A stretch of 64,000 nucleotides of DNA from an uncultured Candidatus Saccharibacteria bacterium. GTDB taxonomy: Bacteria; Patescibacteriota; WWE3; UBA101185; UBA10185. The position numbers and the translations under genes were made by a program. Of this stretch, positions 30,607 through 39,263 are shown one piece after another. The notes beneath the pieces were generated by a model. It worked only from the letters and a program-made list of their open reading frames with translations. It did no database searches and was not told the origin of the DNA. Location of the stretch: the NCBI GenBank assembly GCA_964396025.1, contig CAYNBT010000001.1, forward strand, positions 109,271 through 173,270, in the 5' to 3' direction. The first letter of the stretch is position 1. Each line of letters starts with the position of its first letter.

Positions 30607-31709
30607 ATAATTTTGCTATAAACTGTAAAGTTCCAAATTAAACCTATGACCACTCCTATCATAAACGCAACATTCGCAACGAGAATTGTATCAGAGAAGC
30701 GTGCCGTTGCAAGATTTACAAGAAAGCTTCTAAAAGCGATGGGCACATAGGATAGCACAATATAGGCAAGTAGTTTTTTTAAAGTCTGGGCATTTCCTTG
30801 AATCTTCCTGTCACTAAATGACCAATAGTTGTTAAGTGTGTATGTTGTCAACATAGCTAAAAATCCCGAGACCGCACTCGACATGCTTGAAGCAAATATC
30901 AAGTATCTAAGTAAGTTAAATAAACTGATATCCGTGAACATTCCAATAAATCCCACGATACAGAATTTAAAAAAGCTCTTGCTTTCATTATATCTCAACA
31001 TAAGAACCACTTTGATAGAATCTTGCAGATTGTTTCTTTCCATCTTTGAATCACCGCGATCCCGCAAACCAAAAGTTATGGGTATTTCAGTAATCTTGGC
31101 TCCAATCTTGTACATTTTAAATAGTAAATCAATCTTATAAGCAAAACCGCTAGATCTTACTGTAGTCAAATCAATCTTATCCAAGAAGCCTTTTACGCGA
31201 GAAGCTTTGTAACCCGATGTAAAGTCATTTATTGTATAAATACCTAGCACAACCTTAGAAAACAAACTGCCTCCCCAGCTCAACAACTTTCTGTGCAGCG
31301 ACCAATGCTTTGGAATAGATCCTCCGGAGATAAATCTTGATCCAATAACATAATCACTGCCCTTTTCTAACTCTGCAACGAAACGTCTTATATCTTGCGG
31401 GTCGTGTTGAAAATCAGCATCCATTTCGATCAAAACATCTGGTGAAAGATTACTTAGGGCGTAACTAAAACCATACATGTATGCAGCTCCTAAGCCTGCT
31501 TTCTTTTGCTCCGTTAAAAGCTGAAGAAATGGATACTTAGCAGATAATTCGGAAACGAGCTTTCCTGTACCATCTGGAGAATTACCATCCACAATTAAAG
31601 CAACAAATTGATGCTGAGGTAATCGAGAAAACTCAGTAGCAAGCACGGGCGCTAGCTTACTTACATTCTCGAACTCATTGTAAGTAGGAATAACAATTAC
31701 TATCTTCAT
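30594..31709 (-). CDS. GT2 (DPM1/GtrB-like) fused to C-terminal GtrA-like 4-TM domain
   Basis: KIVIVIPTYNEFENV…LIVDGNSPDGT…IEMDADFQHDP then FCIVGFIGMFTDISLFNLLRY…YTLNNYWSFSD (GtrA-family pattern). Confidence 0.75.
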   Translation of the reverse strand: MKIVIVIPTYNEFENVSKLAPVLATEFSRLPQHQFVALIVDGNSPDGTGKLVSELSAKYPFLQLLTEQKKAGLGAAYMYGFSYALSNLSPDVLIEMDADFQHDPQDIRRFVAELEKGSDYVIGSRFISGGSIPKHWSLHRKLLSWGGSLFSKVVLGIYTINDFTSGYKASRVKGFLDKIDLTTVRSSGFAYKIDLLFKMYKIGAKITEIPITFGLRDRGDSKMERNNLQDSIKVVLMLRYNESKSFFKFCIVGFIGMFTDISLFNLLRYLIFASSMSSAVSGFLAMLTTYTLNNYWSFSDRKIQGNAQTLKKLLAYIVLSYVPIAFRSFLVNLATARFSDTILVANVAFMIGVVIGLIWNFTVYSKIIWKN

Positions 31710-31726
31710 GTATGAGAATTATATAA

Positions 31727-31999
31727 TTAAAGGTTCAAAACACCTAGTAACAGCAAAAAAACGAACGAACCGAACAAGATGTATTCAAGAGCCACAAGTC
31801 TGTTAAGCCTACCCTCAAGGCGATGATGTATTATCCCCCATAACATGTAAAAGGTGCTACCAACACCTGCGAGTATTGTTTGTAAGACAGGCATGTTTTG
31901 AAAACGGAACATCAATAAAAGATATACAAACATCCCACAGATTAAAACCAAATAATGTATCAGATGCTTGTACTCACTCTGATTGTAATCGTGTTTCAT
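31727..31999 (-). CDS. Small 2-3 TM membrane protein, hypothetical
   Basis: 90-aa ORF, hydrophobic, translationally coupled (4-nt overlap) with the upstream CAP-domain gene. Confidence 0.35.
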   Translation of the reverse strand: MKHDYNQSEYKHLIHYLVLICGMFVYLLLMFRFQNMPVLQTILAGVGSTFYMLWGIIHHRLEGRLNRLVALEYILFGSFVFLLLLGVLNL

Positions 32000-32886
32000 A
32001 ATACCTTTCCTGGATTAACTACAAACAACAAACTCATTAGTACCACTATCAAATAGAAAATGTGAGCAAGAGTATGCCCTGTGAATTTTGGTATGGAATG
32101 TCTTTTTGTATACCAAATATCTAGTGCAAGTAATATCAATACAAATGAAACAAAAAGTACCGCTAGATATTTTGATACAACTGCTATATCTACTATCACA
32201 TCGTTGAGCCCCTGAAGCTTGTATTTGTTGTATCTAGCTTCGGCAGCAGAATCAGCAGCTGAAGCAAGCTCATACTTAGAGAGCAATGCTTCTTCATCCT
32301 GCAAAGTTGCTATTAATGAAGGGTTTCTGGGCCTTCCAAACATTTGTACAACTAAAGTTGTTTCATAACCCTCTAGTACACCGTTCACAACCGCAAAGCC
32401 AATCTCATCGTAGTTTGCGTTGAGCAGATTATCTCTATGTGTGGGAGATTTGTACCAAGCATCAACCACGGCTCGAGAATCATGGAAATTTTTGGCAAGA
32501 TTCTCACCCGCGTAAGTGTAATCATAATTTTCATCAAGTATAAATCCCCAAGGTTCAGTCCCATCGGGAGCGATGTGTGCCCAATAGTTGTTAAGGAACA
32601 TGTGTGCGGCCTTCTTTTCTGCGGCATTTGTAAGTGATGGATTTAACCTCAAACGTGATAAACCGTGTTCCGCGCGAATACTGTTTGTCTCTTGAAGTAG
32701 TTCTTTTACAGCAATACTTGATGTAAAGCCCAAAACTCCAGGGGAAACCTTAACGGACATGGTAGCTAAGAACGAAAATAAAACCAGAAAAAGGCTGTAC
32801 ATAAGAAATGCTTTAGGTTGCAAAAGTACAGCTCTACTTCTTTTTACAGGATCTGGTACAAAATGGTGTTTAATTTTCCTAGGCAT
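31996..32886 (-). CDS. CAP/SCP/PR-1-like domain protein with N- and C-terminal TM helices
   Basis: …GENLAKNFHDSRAVVDAWYKSPTHRDNLLNANYDEIGFAV… matches the CAP-domain (YkwD-like) signature; first gene of the minus-strand operon. Confidence 0.55.
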   Translation of the reverse strand: MPRKIKHHFVPDPVKRSRAVLLQPKAFLMYSLFLVLFSFLATMSVKVSPGVLGFTSSIAVKELLQETNSIRAEHGLSRLRLNPSLTNAAEKKAAHMFLNNYWAHIAPDGTEPWGFILDENYDYTYAGENLAKNFHDSRAVVDAWYKSPTHRDNLLNANYDEIGFAVVNGVLEGYETTLVVQMFGRPRNPSLIATLQDEEALLSKYELASAADSAAEARYNKYKLQGLNDVIVDIAVVSKYLAVLFVSFVLILLALDIWYTKRHSIPKFTGHTLAHIFYLIVVLMSLLFVVNPGKVL

Positions 32887-32945
32887 TGAAATTAATTATA
32901 CTGGTCCTGAGAATTTTCGAAAGAGGTTGGCACTAGACTATACGT

Positions 32946-33509
32946 TTGATTATGTATAATTTATGCATGCTAACAATTAATGACATTGCCGAGAGAGGCA
33001 CAAGCTGGATTCACAAAGATTTAGAATTGCGACAAAGTCCCATACACGGTTATGGACTATTCGCATCAAAAGAAATACCTGTAAACACATTGGTAGCGGT
33101 GTTTGGTGGAAAGGTTTACACAGCAGAGGAAATCTCTAACCTACCAGACGATTCTTTTGTTAAAGACGTAGCAACGCAACTAAACAATGATTTTTTCTTA
33201 GGTCCACTTAATGAGAACGATGTTGAACGAGGCTTCTTTATCAATCATAGATGTGAACCAAACGCTAGAATAAAAAACTCCATATTTCTTGTCACTATAA
33301 AGAGTTTAGTACCTGATGAAGAACTAACATTCGACTATGCACATTCCCATAACAAACAGATAAATATGCAATGCAGTTGTGGGGCAAAGAGTTGTAGAAA
33401 AATAATAAGAAATGATGATTATCTTAATCCAGAATACGCAAGTAAAAACATGGAGTATTTTGTAGAATGGCTAAGAGAACTAGTAGTGAAGCAACAGCCT
33501 TTACTGTAA
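32946..33509 (+). CDS. SET-domain protein (putative protein-lysine methyltransferase)
   Basis: GYGLFASKEI…FGGKVYT… (SET N-region), FINHRCEPNA (the NHxCxPN SAM-binding motif), ELTFDY, and a post-SET Cys cluster CSCGAKSCRK. The true start is probably the internal ATG at 32967. Confidence 0.7.
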   Translation: MIMYNLCMLTINDIAERGTSWIHKDLELRQSPIHGYGLFASKEIPVNTLVAVFGGKVYTAEEISNLPDDSFVKDVATQLNNDFFLGPLNENDVERGFFINHRCEPNARIKNSIFLVTIKSLVPDEELTFDYAHSHNKQINMQCSCGAKSCRKIIRNDDYLNPEYASKNMEYFVEWLRELVVKQQPLL

Positions 33510-33515
33510 AAAAAT

Positions 33516-33557
33516 AGACTGCACCTCATGTTTTTCATGTAGTTGCAGTCTTTTTCT
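33516..33557. terminator. Rho-independent terminator hairpin (AGACTGCA…TGCAGTCT + TTTTTCTT), bidirectional
   Basis: 8-bp stem at 33516-33523/33544-33551, T-run after it on the plus strand and an A-run before it (a U-run on the minus strand). Lies between convergent genes. Confidence 0.5.
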
Positions 33558-33586
33558 TGGCGCTTGTACAAAACAAGACACACCTC

Positions 33587-34042
33587 CTAGTCTAAGTAGG
33601 CAAATGCCCTGTTAGCAAGGAATGGAACCGACGCCAACGCAAGAAGTAGCAAAAGCAAATACCCATAAAAACCTAACGGCAGGGGTGTCCGATTCTCAAC
33701 AAAGGCCCGTATGAAAAATACGACAAAGATCTGCCCTACTTCAAAAACGGAGCCAATAGAAGCCCACATACCTATTGTCGCACTACCTCCTAGTAGTCCA
33801 AAAAATGAAACGCTAAGCAAATAAAACCCAATCCAGTAAAAGAGTCCGGACAAAAATGCATTCAACATTATTGCCCCATAGTTTAGTTTAGCGATATCTC
33901 CATGATCGACTAAACGAAGTACATGATTCTCTCCACTGCCCCAGCGATAACCCGAGAATGCCACCGAGGCAAATCCGCAAAGGGCTATCGCAATCAGCAT
34001 CCAACGCGACATTACAGCAAGCTCACCTAATGCAACTTTCAT
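33587..34042 (-). CDS. 4-TM membrane protein, hypothetical
   Basis: Start set at MKVALGEL… with AAGGAGG 7 nt upstream. Local GC is visibly higher than in neighbouring genes. Confidence 0.4.
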   Translation of the reverse strand: MKVALGELAVMSRWMLIAIALCGFASVAFSGYRWGSGENHVLRLVDHGDIAKLNYGAIMLNAFLSGLFYWIGFYLLSVSFFGLLGGSATIGMWASIGSVFEVGQIFVVFFIRAFVENRTPLPLGFYGYLLLLLLALASVPFLANRAFAYLD

Positions 34043-34138
34043 CACTAACCTCCTTGAGTTATGTTTTCCAAATGTTAACATACATACCCACTGTATTCAA
34101 ACTATAGGGCCTTGACACAGTTATGCTACAATATTTGC

Positions 34139-34558
34139 ATGCAGAACAAAGAGCGTAGTTTCTTTACAAAATTCGGACCACATCTAATCTTTGACGGTTA
34201 TGGAGCAAACCCTAATCTTCTAAACAACATGGAGCTGTGTTTTGACGCGCTAAACATGCTTGCAAAACTTGCTGGAATGCGAAAAATGATGGAACCAATA
34301 GTTATTAAATCTGAAGGAAATCTCACTCTGGGCGGAAAGGATCCTGGGGGTTTCTCTGGATTTGTAATAATTCAGGAATCACATATAAGCCTTCATACGT
34401 TTGTGAAAAGAAAATTTATTACCGTAGACCTATATTCCTGCAAGGAATTTGATCCCGAAAGCGCAATCAACTATCTAAAGGAAGCTTTCGAAGTAAAAGA
34501 AGCGGATATTGTTAAACTGGACAGAGGCCTTAAATATCCAACTGAGAACCTCATTTAG
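34139..34558 (+). CDS. speH: S-adenosylmethionine decarboxylase proenzyme, small pyruvoyl-dependent (SpeH/class 1b) type
   Basis: …FSGFVIIQESHISLHTFVKRKFITVDLYSCKEF… matches the AdoMetDC self-cleavage region (E-S-H…H-T-[WF]-P/V…D-[VL]-[FY]-[ST]-C). Start at MQNKERS. Confidence 0.7.
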   Translation: MQNKERSFFTKFGPHLIFDGYGANPNLLNNMELCFDALNMLAKLAGMRKMMEPIVIKSEGNLTLGGKDPGGFSGFVIIQESHISLHTFVKRKFITVDLYSCKEFDPESAINYLKEAFEVKEADIVKLDRGLKYPTENLI

Positions 34559-34617
34559 CCAAACAAAAACAATCTCTTTTTCAATCTAACAGATGCAGAT
34601 CTGCGAAAATTCCAACA

Positions 34618-35637
34618 TCAGCTAAAAAGCTTGCTTAAAGAATGTTTTTTTCGCGTTTTCCAGTCGCCTTTGTGATAAGCATAACTTGATAGTAACGGCA
34701 GAACAGATGTTGCTTCAGCAAATACCATTTGCTCAAACGAATTTGACACTTTACCCCAAGACATTGCTTCCTTAAGTGTAGAGCTAGAACAGGCACCATC
34801 ACGAGAATCTGCAACAGTAATTTGTATTGCATATTTATGCATTGGAACCTCTTTACCTAGCAATTCCGCACAAACTACGGTATCCTGCACAAAATTCTTA
34901 GGTACACCGCCACCAATCATTAGTAAGCCAGTTTCCTCAACAGACATTTTGATATGTGTAAGTTCTCTAAAATCCTTAACAGAATCAATGGAAACATGAG
35001 ACAAGGGGCGAGCATACTGATGCTTAACTAAACCAAATCCAGCACTACTATCGGAAAAAGCAGGACAAAAAATCGGGACATCGTGTTCATAAGCTAACTG
35101 TACGAGTGAATTCTTTTTCTTTGAATTTCTTGTCAAATACTCACCCATTGCAACAATAAATTCGCGGGAGGAGTAAGGCTTTGGGGACAAACTGTCGGCA
35201 ATTTCTTGTATAGCATTGTCACAAGCCTGTAGATTGTCTTCATCGATAAAAGTATCGTATATTCTGTCTATGTAAAGCTCTCTTAGCTGCTGATCATCAA
35301 TATACGGTGTACCTATATAATGCTTAAATCCTAAAGCCTCAAAAAAATCCATATCAACGATACTTGCACCAGTAGCCACAACAGCATCCACCATGTTATG
35401 CGCTATAAGGTCAGAGTAGATATTCATACAACCTGCGGCACTAGTGCTACCGGCCAGAGACAATATAACTACACAAGAAGGATCTTTGAGCATATCAGCA
35501 TAGATTTGAGCGGCGCGACCAAGATCTCGCGCAGTGAAGCCCATATCTTGCATACCTTCAATAATTTTGGTTGAATCAAATGACTTGAAATCTATGTGTT
35601 TGACTTCTCTTGAGAGGAGTTCGTGTTTTTTGAGCAT
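34618..35637 (-). CDS. Deoxyhypusine synthase-like protein (DHS/homospermidine-synthase family)
   Basis: About 340 aa; …ILSLAGSTSAAGCMNIYSDLIAHNMVDAVVATGASIVDMDFFEALG… resembles the DHS NAD-binding core. Start at MLKKHELL. Confidence 0.55.
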   Translation of the reverse strand: MLKKHELLSREVKHIDFKSFDSTKIIEGMQDMGFTARDLGRAAQIYADMLKDPSCVVILSLAGSTSAAGCMNIYSDLIAHNMVDAVVATGASIVDMDFFEALGFKHYIGTPYIDDQQLRELYIDRIYDTFIDEDNLQACDNAIQEIADSLSPKPYSSREFIVAMGEYLTRNSKKKNSLVQLAYEHDVPIFCPAFSDSSAGFGLVKHQYARPLSHVSIDSVKDFRELTHIKMSVEETGLLMIGGGVPKNFVQDTVVCAELLGKEVPMHKYAIQITVADSRDGACSSSTLKEAMSWGKVSNSFEQMVFAEATSVLPLLSSYAYHKGDWKTRKKHSLSKLFS

Positions 35638-35716
35638 ATTACAGTGTTCTACACTAACAGACAGACAAATGCAACTATATTGACATAACATAATTTAAGT
35701 TAGAAGATTATGTTGA

Positions 35717-36562
35717 ATGGTTGATAACAGAGTTCACAAAATATACCACCTGCTAACAACAATAACGTGTTGTGTGGGAGTAGTACTTCTAGTGATGAGT
35801 GCTACTGTCACAAACAATATGGTACAAACATTAGCACTATTCTCCCTGCTCATGATGAGTTTGTTGGGTTTTCTTGGTGCTTTTGTTATTCTGCCACAAT
35901 GGGGAAATGTGCATAGCGTAGTTGGAAAAAGTATACTTTTCTTACAGTTGGCTCTAGCATGTTGGACCTTAGGCATTACAGCAACATTTATAATTGAGAA
36001 GTTACTTGCCAAAGAACTGTCCTATCCTGGAGTACCAGACTACTTCTTCATATTCATAGACCCGTTGTATGCACTAGCATTAATACAGATTATGAGATAT
36101 TCCGGGGCATGGAGAAGTCTAAAGGACACAACATGGTCATACCTTATACTTTTGTTAATACCTATAATTTCTTTGTACATAAATTACAGACTTTTCTTTG
36201 GAGATGCGTCTTATTTTGAAACAATAGATTTGGCCGTAATGTTTGATTTGTTTTACAGCTTTGGAAGTATTGCAGTAATGGCTCTCACTACAATCTCATT
36301 TATGCTTTGTGTAAAGAAATTAGGAGGAAAGATGAAGGGGGCTTTATACCTACTTTTCTGTGGCTTCATTGCACAGTACATTGGGGACATTGCATTTTCA
36401 ATCCTAGAATATCAAGACATGACTTATAATGGAAACTTGGCTGACTTTGTTTACTTTATTTCCATAAGTCTAGTTACAATGGGTATTTTGCAATTCAATA
36501 CACAAAGGCTTGATACAAAAGTATCTAGCGGAGAGTTAAACAAAGAAGAAAATGTATCCTAA
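35717..36562 (+). CDS. 7-8 TM membrane protein, hypothetical (candidate sensor module)
   Basis: Hydrophobic 281-aa ORF directly upstream of, and co-directional with, a small cytoplasmic ORF and a TM-less PAS histidine kinase. Confidence 0.4.
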   Translation: MVDNRVHKIYHLLTTITCCVGVVLLVMSATVTNNMVQTLALFSLLMMSLLGFLGAFVILPQWGNVHSVVGKSILFLQLALACWTLGITATFIIEKLLAKELSYPGVPDYFFIFIDPLYALALIQIMRYSGAWRSLKDTTWSYLILLLIPIISLYINYRLFFGDASYFETIDLAVMFDLFYSFGSIAVMALTTISFMLCVKKLGGKMKGALYLLFCGFIAQYIGDIAFSILEYQDMTYNGNLADFVYFISISLVTMGILQFNTQRLDTKVSSGELNKEENVS

Positions 36563-36854
36563 CGATATATTTAAAAATATTATACGAGAACAGAGTCTAA
36601 TAGTCGGTGAAGCGCTTTCTAAATCAAGGGCCATTGGAACTGGGTCCATTAGTTTCGGACCAGACGGCAATATACATATACAAGACGAGCCAAAATTGGC
36701 GCTTGAGAAACTTATAAGATCATACGAAGAAATCTTTGGACAATCATCCCTAGATGTGTGTGTTGATGTCCTACACAGAATGCCCTACACAGAAATAGAG
36801 TTATTTTTACCAGACAGAATCAAAACACAACTAACCAACCAAAAAAAGCTATAG
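36552..36854 (+). CDS. Small cytoplasmic protein, hypothetical
   Basis: 100-aa ORF overlapping the upstream gene by 11 nt; no recognisable motif. Confidence 0.3.
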   Translation: MYPNDIFKNIIREQSLIVGEALSKSRAIGTGSISFGPDGNIHIQDEPKLALEKLIRSYEEIFGQSSLDVCVDVLHRMPYTEIELFLPDRIKTQLTNQKKL

Positions 36855-36871
36855 TAAGGTAGAATACTTGT

Positions 36872-38038
36872 ATGGACGCAAACGCTGCTCAAATCAACAA
36901 TAATAGCGCGTCTTCTATTGACACGAAAATCGCAGAGGAAATATATAAAAGAAATGTTGAACTTCTTGATCAGCGACGAAGGGCCGAGGAATTACTTTAT
37001 GGAATATCCGAAGGGGTCTTAGCTGTAGATACGGACCTCAAAATCACCTTATTCAACAACACGTTAGAGAAAATGCTCAGATTGCGCAAAGATGATGCAA
37101 TAGGAAAACAGATTGAAGACGTGATAGTACTAAACACTGAGGATGGAAAATCAATAGATATAAAAAAATACTGTTTGTCACAAAACCCTGAATTTACTCA
37201 CTTGGAAGGGGTCATACTCACCAGCAAATATAGAAGCTACTTTGTTAACCTTAAATCCTCCATTATCTCCCCGATAACTGGAGAAACAGAAGGATTGATA
37301 ACTCTCGTTGATATAACAAAAGAAAAAGAACTTGAAAAAACCAAAGATGATTTTATCTCTATCACATCACACGAGCTCAGAACCCCAATGACTATTATAA
37401 AAAGCTATTTATGGATGCTATCAGCAGAAAAAGCAGGAACACTTAACGACAAGCAAAGGGAATATATAAACAAGGCTACCAAAGGCACAGAGCGTATGCT
37501 TGCATTGATAAACGATATGTTAAACATTGCAAGAATAGAGCAGGGCAAGATTGAAATAAAACCCGAATCTCTAAAACTTATACAGTTTATAGAAGAACTT
37601 GCTGTAGACTTCAGAATGAAGATGCAGGAAAAAAACCTTACACTAAATATAGACTACGATCAAAGCGCTACTGATATATACGCAGATAAAACAAGACTAA
37701 TGGAAATATTCATTAATCTAATAGGCAATTCGTTTAAATTCACAGACAAAGGAAGCATAACAATTAAAACAGAAAAGTTACCAGATAATTATGTGAAAAT
37801 ATACATTACTGACACAGGTAAAGGTATAGATAAAAAAGACATGGAAAGATTGTTTCATAAATTTGGCAGATTAGACAACTCCTATCAAACTGTGGCAGAG
37901 TCTGGCGGCACAGGGCTGGGGTTATTCATTGTTAAACTTTATATTGAGAAAATGAATGGCATGATCGGTTTATACTCTAAGGGATTAGGTTACGGCACTA
38001 CTTTTTGGTTTACACTACCAACAGTTAACACATTTTAA
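36872..38038 (+). CDS. Cytoplasmic sensor histidine kinase (PAS + HisKA + HATPase_c)
   Basis: PAS-like region (GVLAVDTDLKITLFNNTLEKMLRL), H-box ITSHELRTPMT, N/G boxes …LIGNSFKFT…, DTGKGI, GGTGLGLFIVK. Confidence 0.8.
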   Translation: MDANAAQINNNSASSIDTKIAEEIYKRNVELLDQRRRAEELLYGISEGVLAVDTDLKITLFNNTLEKMLRLRKDDAIGKQIEDVIVLNTEDGKSIDIKKYCLSQNPEFTHLEGVILTSKYRSYFVNLKSSIISPITGETEGLITLVDITKEKELEKTKDDFISITSHELRTPMTIIKSYLWMLSAEKAGTLNDKQREYINKATKGTERMLALINDMLNIARIEQGKIEIKPESLKLIQFIEELAVDFRMKMQEKNLTLNIDYDQSATDIYADKTRLMEIFINLIGNSFKFTDKGSITIKTEKLPDNYVKIYITDTGKGIDKKDMERLFHKFGRLDNSYQTVAESGGTGLGLFIVKLYIEKMNGMIGLYSKGLGYGTTFWFTLPTVNTF

Positions 38039-38085
38039 ATATCTATCACTACCAGAAACAATAGAGCTATTTTGGCCGGAACAAA

Positions 38086-38113
38086 GGAGGGCCCCGCGTA
38101 AGCGGGGCCCTCC
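38086..38113. terminator. GC-rich perfect hairpin GGAGGGCCCCGC-gtaa-GCGGGGCCCTCC; likely bidirectional intrinsic terminator
   Basis: 12-bp perfect stem, 4-nt loop, between convergent HK (+) and hup (-); U-rich tract TTTGTT follows on the minus strand. Confidence 0.6.
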
Positions 38114-38144
38114 TATTCCATAGAAGAAACAGTATTAACTACTA

Positions 38145-38418
38145 TTACTTCACTTCATCCTTCAAGCTTTTACCTGCCTTGAATGCTGGAGTTTTTCCTG
38201 CTGGGATGTGTAATGGAGCACCGGTTTGTGGGTTTCTTCCCATTCTTGCGGCTCTGGATCTAACTTCGAAAGTTCCGAAGCCAGTCCAAGTAACTTTCTC
38301 GCCTCTTGCGAGCGCGGAAGTAATTACTTCTACCAAAGCGTCTAGAGCTTTTCCAGAATCTACTTTAGTAAGACCAGCTTTATCAGCTACCATACTTATT
38401 AAGTCTGTTTTTGTCATT
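38145..38418 (-). CDS. hup: HU-family nucleoid-associated DNA-binding protein
   Basis: [18 protein letters not shown]…[42 protein letters not shown]. Start trimmed to MTKTD (AGGGGGG about 10 nt upstream). Confidence 0.85.
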
Positions 38419-38485
38419 GCTAAGCACCCCCCTTCATTACATTGCCTTATGGCAAATAAATATTTCAAAAAAATTAACTGATTTC

Positions 38486-39262
38486 TTAATCGTAGTTCTT
38501 ATCAAATCGTTCAATACTATTCTTCTGTGTATCAATAAGAACACTACGAAAAACCTTACGGCCTTTTTCTTCCCACTCGAACCGCTGATTCATACCTGTT
38601 GTATAAAAATTTATAATGATATCTTTTTGAACTCCTAAAACTGAATCTATATTCCCGCACATACCCACATCACTAACAAATAGAGTTCCCTTGGGCAATA
38701 CATGATTATCACACGTCGGAACATGCGTATGAGTACCTACTACACAATCAACACGACCATCAAAATAAAAGCCAAAAGCATACTTTTCACTCGTGGCTTC
38801 AGCATGAAAGTCTACAAAGGATGCATCATATTTTTCGGAAACGGAAACCTCACTTAATATTTTGTCTACAGTGGTAAAAGGATCGTTAATGCGTTCGTTT
38901 AGGAATGTTCTGCCCATAACATTTATAAGTAATAGTTTATCATTTTTCCTTGTTTTAACAACAACAAATCCCTTACCTGGAGTGCCCTCTGGATAGTTAG
39001 CAGGTCTTATAAGTGGAATATTATCGATGATGTCTTCAAGTTCCGGCCTCCAGAACACATGATCACCGCTTGTGAAGTAATCAACACCCGCATCTTGCAT
39101 TTCAAGTAACATATCCTTTGTTACACCCCTACCATGTGCAAGATTTTCTGCGTTAGCAATCACAATATCAATATCTTCTTTGGAAACTATATCTGGAAGT
39201 GCCCGCTTAACAGCGTCACGACCGGGGCGAGCAACAATATCACCTATAAAAAGTATTTTCAT
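38486..39262 (-). CDS. ymdB: YmdB-family metallophosphoesterase (2',3'-cNMP phosphodiesterase)
   Basis: [18 protein letters not shown]…[13 protein letters not shown]…FTSGDHVFW…GTHTHVPT is the TIGR00282 pattern. Confidence 0.8.
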   Translation of the reverse strand: MKILFIGDIVARPGRDAVKRALPDIVSKEDIDIVIANAENLAHGRGVTKDMLLEMQDAGVDYFTSGDHVFWRPELEDIIDNIPLIRPANYPEGTPGKGFVVVKTRKNDKLLLINVMGRTFLNERINDPFTTVDKILSEVSVSEKYDASFVDFHAEATSEKYAFGFYFDGRVDCVVGTHTHVPTCDNHVLPKGTLFVSDVGMCGNIDSVLGVQKDIIINFYTTGMNQRFEWEEKGRKVFRSVLIDTQKNSIERFDKNYD

Positions 39263-39263
39263 A

